Origin: Candidatus Moraniibacteriota bacterium
GTDB taxonomy: Bacteria; Patescibacteriota; Minisyncoccia; CAIUEV01
NCBI GenBank assembly: GCA_016867255.1
Contig: VGKB01000003.1
Span: forward strand, 1-34,611
DNA: 34,611 nucleotides
Direction of reading: 5' to 3'
Part shown: one piece after another, positions 27,900 through 34,611 of the stretch
How positions within the stretch are numbered: the first letter of the stretch is position 1
Layout: each line of letters opens with the position of its first letter
Position numbers and translations under genes: made by a program
The notes under the pieces: model-generated
What the model was told of the DNA's origin: nothing
The model's input: only the letters and a program-made list of their open reading frames with translations
Databases searched by the model: none

Positions 27900-28799
27900 T
27901 CAATTCTGAAGCAGGTAAGCGTCCAATAGCGATTTGGGGCTTGCTCCCGAAAAAGATTGGGATTGGTCTATAAAATCTAAAATTAAGCGTAATTTATCCA
28001 GCGTAGGCGCAGAGCTTTCTCTTGGTTTTTTCTGGAGATCTTTTTTTAGCAGTTCCGTGAGTCTTATTGCCTCAAATTGAAAAAAATCTAGAATTTTGGA
28101 ATTGCTGTCCCCTAGCTGTTCACTGCCTAATTTTAATTTATTGGCGGGAGAAAGTTTTTTTTGTTTTTCGTGAAAATCAGACAGTTCCCAAAAGCGATTA
28201 TAATTTTGGGACATTTTGGCGGCGTTCCCCAAATTCAGGCCCGACCAGGAGAGAATATTTTTCCTTTCAGCGTAAGACATTTCCGGGTGATTTCTTTGAA
28301 GGTATTTTGTTAATAATTGGGGGGATTTTAAATTTAAATTCAAGATGAGCGAGCGGGATAAAATAGTCGGAAGTATCTTATTTTTTTCCGGGGAGAGCAG
28401 AAGCAAATACCGGGACCGTTGGGGTTCTTCCAGAGTCTTAAGCAGGGCATTTTGTGACGGGTGAGTTAGATGTTGAGCGCTTGGGACAATGCCTATTTTA
28501 TAAGGAAGATTCTGGGACGAGAGGGACAAAAGATAGATAAATTGGCGAACCTGCTTTACTTCAATGGTGTTTTTGTCTTTTTCCTTCTCTAACACTATAA
28601 TGTCCGGGTTGTAGCGGGTGTTGCGCGCGCAAATTCCCCGAGCTTTGTTTGGTCCGACAAGCAGTTTGATGATTTCGTCCCCAAGCCACTTCCATTCGTG
28701 TTCCGAGAACCCTGCCAGCAGTAGGGGCGGTCTTTCTTTGTTTTTTGTCCAACTGGAAAGTGCCTTATGGAGTGAAGGGAAATAAGTTTTTATCAGCAT
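27900..28799 (-). CDS. holB: DNA polymerase III delta' subunit
   Basis: PDI, IEVKQVR, LTHPSQNALLKTLEEP, ILPTILSRS; P-loop and Zn module degenerate. Confidence 0.85.
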   Translation of the reverse strand: MLIKTYFPSLHKALSSWTKNKERPPLLLAGFSEHEWKWLGDEIIKLLVGPNKARGICARNTRYNPDIIVLEKEKDKNTIEVKQVRQFIYLLSLSSQNLPYKIGIVPSAQHLTHPSQNALLKTLEEPQRSRYLLLLSPEKNKILPTILSRSLILNLNLKSPQLLTKYLQRNHPEMSYAERKNILSWSGLNLGNAAKMSQNYNRFWELSDFHEKQKKLSPANKLKLGSEQLGDSNSKILDFFQFEAIRLTELLKKDLQKKPRESSAPTLDKLRLILDFIDQSQSFSGASPKSLLDAYLLQN

Positions 28800-28817
28800 T
28801 TGTTTGTTTAGCGGAGC

Positions 28818-30602
28818 TTATTCTTCCGGGATATGGTAGATCAGGATTGAATTGCCAATCATATCCACTGGCTGGTAGTTATCAGTTAACCAATGGTAAT
28901 TGCCTTTTTGGGGAGGATTTAATGTATTCCATTGGATGGCGCTGGCGCTTAGAGCGAACCAACCCTTGCTGGGCATTTTATTGTAACCCCAGCTCTCATA
29001 GCGGTTGCCTAAGTAGTAATCAAGGTTTCCTCCGCCAAAATAGTCAACCTTGATGGTTTGGATGTTGTTTTTATCTGCGTAATCGCGCAAGCGAATAAGG
29101 TCTTGGCCCCAGTCTACGTTTGAGTCAACCATATATTTCCAACCGTTTTTTGACCCGCCGATAAACTCGTTAAAATAAGGAAGGTAGCTGGGAAATACTG
29201 AAACATTACTTCCAAAATGCCAAATCAGCAATCCGACAAGGATGATTATATTTGCCCAATAGTAGCCAAGGCGTTTCTTGAAGTCAAAGTTTTGGGAGAA
29301 TTTCCAGAGCATCAGGGCGATAAACAAATATAAAAAGGGAAACACGGGCAGGATATACCTGATACCCAGCTGGAGCCGGTTCATGGATGACATGATAAAA
29401 ACCAGAAGGGCAAAAAAGAAATAACCGATCATGACTGCGTTTTCCCTGACCCAGATGCCGAGCTTGAACTTTCGGCGCAAGATGGTAAAGGCCAGCACGG
29501 TGAAAAAAACCATCACGGCGAAATAAAACAGTATTTGGGCGGCAATCGTCTCTTTTAAAAAATAAGCGAAGACGAAATATTCCGGCCAGTGAGTGCCGAT
29601 TTCTCCAAAAAAATAAGTTGTGTGGCCGCCGGTCGTATGCGCCGAGACCATAAGAAATCCCAGAAGATACTGGGCGTAGGGACGCAGAAGGGAGATATCG
29701 GTCATATTATTGAGCAAAGTGTTAAAACCAAGCTTGCCCAAATCCCTATCCGTAATGGATTCATTGATGAGCTTATGCTGAACGGCAATCGGCATGTTCC
29801 AGATGTGAATTTCATACCATACGCCTACCAAAAGATAGCCGATCGCCATTATCCCAATTGCTTTCGCGACGCTTAAGCCGGTTTCTTGAAGAGCAATTTT
29901 AATTTTTCCTTTGCGGAAAGTGCTTATTCCGTGGAGAAAAGCAATTACCAAAAAAGTGGGTATAAGTAAAAATAGGTTGAATTTTGCCAATTGCGCCAGA
30001 CCGAAGACGATGCCTGCCCAAATAAACCTGCCCCAGTTGGGTCTTTCCAAGTAAAGGTAGTAGGCGTAAAGAGCAAAGATCGTAAAAATGGTGGCTCCCA
30101 TATCCGTAGTGATGAAACGGCCGTGGGCCATTAAATTGGGAGAGAACAGAAATAATGCCAAGGCGACAAGGGCCAATTCCCTTCTTCTGATTATTTTTTC
30201 GCTGAAACGGTAAAGCACCCATCCTCCCAACAAAAATACCAAAACCATCATAATTCTGCCCGCAAATAACATTTGATCAGCGTCATTGCCGTATTTATAG
30301 AGAAATTTGTCTCCCAAATCCCACTGGTCGTTGACGTTATCTCGCCAAGCGGGATCATTCTGCGGAAAATAGATATTCTGGAAAAGCAGCGGCAGGGCGG
30401 CTAATTCTTTGATGAGCGGAGGATGCTCCGGGTTAACCCGGTAATCCGCCTCGGTGAGATACGAGTAGCCGGCTACAATATGGGGCATCTCATCGCGGAT
30501 GGCCGAATCTTTCCACATACTGCCGACTGCCAAGAGACCGGCCGCGGCAAGCAGGACGGCGGCAATAAAATGGGTTTTGATGAGGTTTTTCCAGAATTTC
30601 AT
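28818..30602 (-). CDS. GT-C fold glycosyltransferase (ArnT/PMT-like)
   Basis: DEMPHIVAG, NPEHPPLIK, AHGRFITTD, LAQLAKF, IRYILP, DSNVDWGQD; many TMs. Confidence 0.85.
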   Translation of the reverse strand: MKFWKNLIKTHFIAAVLLAAAGLLAVGSMWKDSAIRDEMPHIVAGYSYLTEADYRVNPEHPPLIKELAALPLLFQNIYFPQNDPAWRDNVNDQWDLGDKFLYKYGNDADQMLFAGRIMMVLVFLLGGWVLYRFSEKIIRRRELALVALALFLFSPNLMAHGRFITTDMGATIFTIFALYAYYLYLERPNWGRFIWAGIVFGLAQLAKFNLFLLIPTFLVIAFLHGISTFRKGKIKIALQETGLSVAKAIGIMAIGYLLVGVWYEIHIWNMPIAVQHKLINESITDRDLGKLGFNTLLNNMTDISLLRPYAQYLLGFLMVSAHTTGGHTTYFFGEIGTHWPEYFVFAYFLKETIAAQILFYFAVMVFFTVLAFTILRRKFKLGIWVRENAVMIGYFFFALLVFIMSSMNRLQLGIRYILPVFPFLYLFIALMLWKFSQNFDFKKRLGYYWANIIILVGLLIWHFGSNVSVFPSYLPYFNEFIGGSKNGWKYMVDSNVDWGQDLIRLRDYADKNNIQTIKVDYFGGGNLDYYLGNRYESWGYNKMPSKGWFALSASAIQWNTLNPPQKGNYHWLTDNYQPVDMIGNSILIYHIPEE

Positions 30603-30619
30603 TTTTTTGTTTTAGTATT

Positions 30620-31645
30620 TTAAATAAGCATTTTTTTAAATTTTTCTACCATTGCCACCGGCGTGGGGTCAATTCCGTAAAGCAGCGCCAGGTAATAAGA
30701 GGCGAAACAGCCGATCTGAAGGGTGGAAAAGATCCGGTGGATTATTTCTCCTTCTGGCATTTCTATAATTGTAGATTCAAAATTGTATTCTTTCAAAATT
30801 TTAGCTGTTTTTTCAAACCGCTTAAGGTTCTGGGGGTAATCGTCTCTGTTGCGCAGGTAAATAAAATGGAAATTAGCCTGTGGAAGAGTAAATCCCACCA
30901 TTTCATTATGGTTTAACTCTGGGAGATAGTTCCAAAAAGCCGGCGTCTTGGCGTTCTCATTGAACATAATTTTCCAAATCATGGCCAGCGAGCGGTATTG
31001 GTAAGAGGCGTAAATTATAGGGGTCTTGCCCTTTACTTTTTTAGCGATGTCTTCCCCTAGAGCCCTGTATATGGCAAGATCCGCTTTAATTTTTTCCGCC
31101 GTGTCTCGGAATTTAATTAGGGGATCGTTTATTAAGCCCAATACGGAAAAATATTTTAAGATAGCGGAAAGAGCGTAACCGTAGCCCATTCGGGGCTGGA
31201 ATTGCGGGTGGGGTTTAGGAAGGAGGATAAAGGGGATATTTTTTTCTTTGCATACGTCAATCAATTTTCCCCCGCTGGCCATTCCCAAACAATCTAAGTT
31301 ATTTTTTAGGGCTTCCTCAAAGCAGGAGAGGGTTTCTTCGGTGTTACCGGAATAGGAGGAGATGATATTCAGGCAGTTCGGCTCATAAGCTTCTTTTGGC
31401 AAGCTGTAAGAGCGATTGACGTGTGTTTTGATCGCCGTCTCCCGTCTGCTATCTGTTGTCTTAAGATATGTTTTTAGCAATTCTCCCACTAAAGCCGACC
31501 CTCCCATGCCGCTTAGGACGAAAGTGTTGAAATCACCTTTGGGCACGTTACTGCGCACCAATTCCGGCCCCGCAAGCAGCTGCTCGGGTATTTTTTTGAT
31601 TGTTTCCAATAGGTTTTCTTTGTCTATTTCGTGTTGTAGATCCAT
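30620..31645 (-). CDS. Bifunctional phosphoglucose/phosphomannose isomerase (SIS fold)
   Basis: SGMGGSA, SSYSGNTEET, QPR, FNENAKTPA..PELNHNEMVG, DPTPV. Confidence 0.93.
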   Translation of the reverse strand: MDLQHEIDKENLLETIKKIPEQLLAGPELVRSNVPKGDFNTFVLSGMGGSALVGELLKTYLKTTDSRRETAIKTHVNRSYSLPKEAYEPNCLNIISSYSGNTEETLSCFEEALKNNLDCLGMASGGKLIDVCKEKNIPFILLPKPHPQFQPRMGYGYALSAILKYFSVLGLINDPLIKFRDTAEKIKADLAIYRALGEDIAKKVKGKTPIIYASYQYRSLAMIWKIMFNENAKTPAFWNYLPELNHNEMVGFTLPQANFHFIYLRNRDDYPQNLKRFEKTAKILKEYNFESTIIEMPEGEIIHRIFSTLQIGCFASYYLALLYGIDPTPVAMVEKFKKMLI

Positions 31646-31721
31646 ATTTTACTAGTTACAAATGACTAGTTACTTTTTATCTATTTTCTCCCACTTTTTC
31701 TAAAAATCAAGAAATACCCAT

Positions 31722-31796
31722 TGGGGTGGCTAGAGGGAGTTGAACCCTCGTGACTTGCTCCACAGGCAAGCGTTCTACCGTTGAACTATAGCCACC
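31722..31796 (-). tRNA. tRNA-His(GTG), intact, with G-1 and encoded CCA
   Basis: G-GTGGCTA..GTTC/GAAC D stem, CTTGC-CT-GTG-GA-GCAAG, GAGGG-TTCAACT-CCCTC, TAGCCAC-C-CCA. Confidence 0.92.
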
Positions 31797-31840
31797 CCGA
31801 TAGGTATTAATTATTCAAATAATGTACTATGGTACGTTAC

Positions 31841-31862
31841 AGAACACGCCAGGGCGTGTTCT
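31841..31862. repeat. Short GC-rich palindrome (REP-like or terminator)
   Basis: agaacacgcc-ag-ggcgtgttct, with perfect 10-bp arms. Confidence 0.55.
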
Positions 31863-31894
31863 TACACAAATAAACTTATCAGATTTATACTATT

Positions 31895-32452
31895 TTACAA
31901 ATCATTCCAAGATTTTTCCAGGAAGAAGAGCTTATCTAATAAATATATTAAAACTGATGAAGTGAATTGAATTTCCTTATTAGAATAGCTTTTATCGACA
32001 TTTTCCAGTCCTTGTAAATGAATTTTGTTTCTTGATAATCTAACTTTTTCTATTTTTTAAAAATCTTTCTTTGAAAAAATATTTAACCTCAAGCAAACCT
32101 CATTAATTTTTTTAAAATCGGTATTTCTATTCAACTCGAATTTTTCACGTCTGCGTTTACAGACACTCAATCTATATTCATCAACGGAAAACTTAATTGG
32201 AAGGAAGTGTGATTCAAAGCACCTATAATTTTCCAAAAGTCTTTTGTCTTCACTGCTAATCTTTTTCAAATTTCTTTTTAACAACTCATGTGCTAGTGCC
32301 TCAACAATCGAGCAACTCAACATCAAAGCAATTTTATAATATCCGCTTCTTGCTTTGCCTTTTACCTTGCCTGCGTGGCTAATTTGGATAGCAACCTGTT
32401 TGAGGTTCCAAATAATATTTTTTCTTAGAACATCGTCTACTAGATAAATCAT
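31895..32452 (-). pseudogene. HEPN-like protein interrupted by an in-frame TAA (32059-32057)
   Basis: The frame stays open for 53 codons after the stop: KIEKVRLSRNKIHLQGLENVDKSYSNKEIQF...WNDL*; upstream helix LSCSIVEALAH. Confidence 0.7.
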
Positions 32453-32463
32453 CGGGGTTGTTA

Positions 32464-32658
32464 TTATCTAGAACATGCAGCTTTTTCGAGTGCTTCACCA
32501 AGAGAAACGAAACCTTTTTTTTTCAGATATGTACTTAATTTCATATCGGGCTTAACGCCAAGTTTAACGTTGAAGTCTTTTTCAAAGCTTTTTACGGAAA
32601 TGTCTATACAGCGTTTTTTTCTTGAATAACCTATTTTTGCTTGTCGTTTGCCCCTCAT
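32464..32658 (-). CDS. Small basic hypothetical protein
   Basis: 64 aa, K/R-rich; ends 11 nt before the start of the HEPN-like gene. Confidence 0.65.
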   Translation of the reverse strand: MRGKRQAKIGYSRKKRCIDISVKSFEKDFNVKLGVKPDMKLSTYLKKKGFVSLGEALEKAACSR

Positions 32659-32716
32659 GAGTATGATTTATTTACTTTTGTCTATATTATATTATTAAAA
32701 ATGTCAACTTACAAAT

Positions 32717-33394
32717 TTATTTTATTTTCACGCCTAGTTTCCCCAGATCAGATATTTTCTCACTTGAAATTAGTTTATTTTTAATCAGAAAACTTTTTAC
32801 TTTCTCGAAAATAAATTTATGGCCGGTGGAATTGGGGTGGACGCCGTCGGTGATGAATTTTTTGTAATCTAGTTTTGCCACTTCTTTATAAATATCAATA
32901 AAATACACACTATTTTCTTTAGCCACAGATTTCATTGCATGATTATATTTTTCAACATACTTATTCTCATAAGAAAATCCTAGTTTCCAGGGGATGGGAT
33001 TGACTTTACTTTCATCAACTGGAAAAAATCCTACAAAAACAATCTTTTTGGAATAATTATTGGCTAGTTTGATTATTTTTTGGAGATTTTCAGTATAATT
33101 TTCTATGGAAACATTATTCAAGCTCGTTTCATTGTTTAACATACAGTCATTAACTCCAACAGAAACTATAAATAAGTTTTCTTCGTTATTGCCCGCTCTA
33201 GCTTCAACTTCCTTTTCAAATCTGCTAATTAAATCTTGGCTTGTGTTTCCTGAAATCCCTAGATTATACAAAAAACAAGATGATTCGTCTAAATTTTTCT
33301 CATCAATATATTTTCTTAGCCTTCCAACCCAACCACCTTCTTCATCCCAAGCTCCGTAAGTCAGACTATCACCAAAAGCAAAAATATTATCCAT
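32717..33394 (-). CDS. SGNH/GDSL hydrolase
   Basis: FGDSLTYG, NLGISG, GVND, DGVHPN. Confidence 0.93.
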   Translation of the reverse strand: MDNIFAFGDSLTYGAWDEEGGWVGRLRKYIDEKNLDESSCFLYNLGISGNTSQDLISRFEKEVEARAGNNEENLFIVSVGVNDCMLNNETSLNNVSIENYTENLQKIIKLANNYSKKIVFVGFFPVDESKVNPIPWKLGFSYENKYVEKYNHAMKSVAKENSVYFIDIYKEVAKLDYKKFITDGVHPNSTGHKFIFEKVKSFLIKNKLISSEKISDLGKLGVKIK

Positions 33395-33479
33395 AATTAG
33401 TTTTATTTATTTTAACAGCCCAATAACTTGATTCTAAGCCATATTTTGACTGTTTCCTTGGGAAAGTCATTGTCCAAGC

Positions 33480-33541
33480 GGACTCGAACCCACAGCCACC
33501 AGGACCACAACCTGGCGCTCTACCATTGAGCTACTACCACC
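33480..33541 (-). pseudogene. 3'-truncated tRNA-His(GTG), positions -1 to 62 only
   Basis: GGTGGTAGTAGCTCAATGGTAGAGCGCCAGGTTGTGGTCCTGGTGGCTGTGGGTTCGAGTCC, followed by sequence that cannot complete the T stem or acceptor stem. Confidence 0.85.
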
Positions 33542-33606
33542 AAGACAGCCATAAGCCGTAAGCCATAAGCTGTTTAATTTATTCTACCTCAACTTTTCTA
33601 ACTGGT

Positions 33607-34467
33607 TTAGAGTAGCAGGTTTTGTAAGGTTTTGTCAAAATTTCTAGTTAAAAATTCCCAAATTTTTTTAATTATCTCCCAAGAACTGCTTTCTTTTGCT
33701 TGAAGGCCTATATTAGCATTTTCAAATTCGGTAGCTGTTTTTTTGGCTATTTCCCGGTCTTTTTCGTCCACCGGGCCGGGGTAATTACAATCTTTTTCTA
33801 TATTGCCAAGAACATTTTGAGAAAATTTATTGTCGGTTAATTTGATTGATTCGTACCAATAGTAATCAGGCGGCTGTTTGCCTTCGGGAATAGAGCAGTC
33901 AATCCCGTATTTCTGGTTTTTCTCAAAACCGTTCTGGAACAATTTAATCTTTCCCTCGTCTCTAGTAAAAGTGTAAAATTGCAAGGCCAAACCGCTGGCG
34001 CCGTTGCCGGAAAAAACATTTTTATTAATTTCTAAATTGGTTTTTCCTACGATGAGCTCTATCCCGCTTTCGCCGTTATTTTCAAACTTATTGTTAGTTA
34101 TAAACCCGCTTATGGCGTTTCTTACGTCCAGACCTTCTTCTTGACAATGAGATATGTTGGAGTTGTAAATATTAACGGTCCTTCCCGGCTGAATATACAA
34201 TCCTTTGCCGGCCTGGCTGGTTATTTGGGAGTCGCTGATCGTTACGGTTCCGCTTCCAGGCAGGGCCTCTACGGCGATTTTCTTATTGGTGTTAATGATA
34301 CAATTTTTTATGGTCACATTGGCATCGCCTTCTATCACAATGCCAGAACTGCCGCTTAAAACGGCATCTTTCAAAAAATCACCGTCTTTTAGCTGGATGA
34401 TGCCATTATCTGAAGCATTAACGGCAATAGGCAAAAAAAATAGGAAAAACACCCAACATTTTTTCAT
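33607..34467 (-). CDS. Secreted right-handed parallel beta-helix (pectin-lyase-like) protein
   Basis: Signal peptide; repeated N-ladder units (ITNNKFENNGESGIEL, INKNVFSGNGASGLAL). Confidence 0.82.
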   Translation of the reverse strand: MKKCWVFFLFFLPIAVNASDNGIIQLKDGDFLKDAVLSGSSGIVIEGDANVTIKNCIINTNKKIAVEALPGSGTVTISDSQITSQAGKGLYIQPGRTVNIYNSNISHCQEEGLDVRNAISGFITNNKFENNGESGIELIVGKTNLEINKNVFSGNGASGLALQFYTFTRDEGKIKLFQNGFEKNQKYGIDCSIPEGKQPPDYYWYESIKLTDNKFSQNVLGNIEKDCNYPGPVDEKDREIAKKTATEFENANIGLQAKESSSWEIIKKIWEFLTRNFDKTLQNLLL

Positions 34468-34610
34468 TTTATTTGATTGTAATTGCGAATGAAATTGCTG
34501 GGACTGCGCCAGTATTCCAGTTTCGTGCGCAGCGTACCTTCGCGGTAATATCCCGGCAGCACAGCGCCCTTCCAGGGGCCTAGATAAATCGCAAAATGTA
34601 GATGAGTGGG
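34464..34610 (-). CDS. M23-family metallopeptidase C-terminus (partial at window edge)
   Basis: Manual translation PTHLHFAIYLGPW...SPSNFIRNYNQIK*; HLHF zinc motif; TGA overlaps the next ATG (ATGA). Confidence 0.7.
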   Translation of the reverse strand, partial: PTHLHFAIYLGPWKGAVLPGYYREGTLRTKLEYWRSPSNFIRNYNQIK

Positions 34611-34611
34611 C

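Noticed and set aside
32057-32059. Genome-wide stop-codon reassignment to explain the in-frame TAA
   Set aside because: TAA ends rpoD and ftsK, TAG ends trxA, rpsT and secG, and TGA ends dnaG and holB, all at expected lengths; the standard code fits.
33400-33480. Group I or II intron splitting the truncated tRNA-His
   Set aside because: No GUGYG start, no recognisable group I core and no downstream 3' exon were found by eye; a covariance search would be needed to exclude it fully.
31800-33480. Intact prophage or integrative element
   Set aside because: There is no integrase, transposase, phage gene or att direct repeat; at most it is a remnant islet.

Overview
Bacterial chromosome segment that reads like a small-genome Patescibacteria (CPR, Parcubacteria-like) organism. 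This is an inference from the VirB2/TrbC-like pilin array, the archaeal-type bifunctional PGI/PMI, the degenerate HolB and the A-rich leaders without Shine-Dalgarno sites. TAA, TAG and TGA all serve as stops, so the code is standard table 11. Most of the window is housekeeping: the rpoD 3' end, khpA, trxA, murC, dnaG, rpsT, a PrsA/SurA-like PPIase, ftsK, comM-yraN, pyk, secG, holB, PGI/PMI and tRNA-Thr/Leu/His. It also holds many surface and envelope genes and a stand-alone, motif-complete [FeFe]-hydrogenase. The most unusual region is a ~1.7 kb AT-rich islet (31.7-33.5 kb). It lies between a 3'-truncated tRNA-His and a second, intact but divergent tRNA-His, and carries an SGNH hydrolase, a small basic protein and a HEPN-like gene broken by an in-frame TAA just before its RNxxH motif. 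Other oddities are a 141-nt nested inverted-repeat element upstream of comM, degenerate 7-/9-mer tandem runs in many spacers and inside murC, and leader-trailer pairing around two tRNAs. All calls were made by eye; no searches were run.
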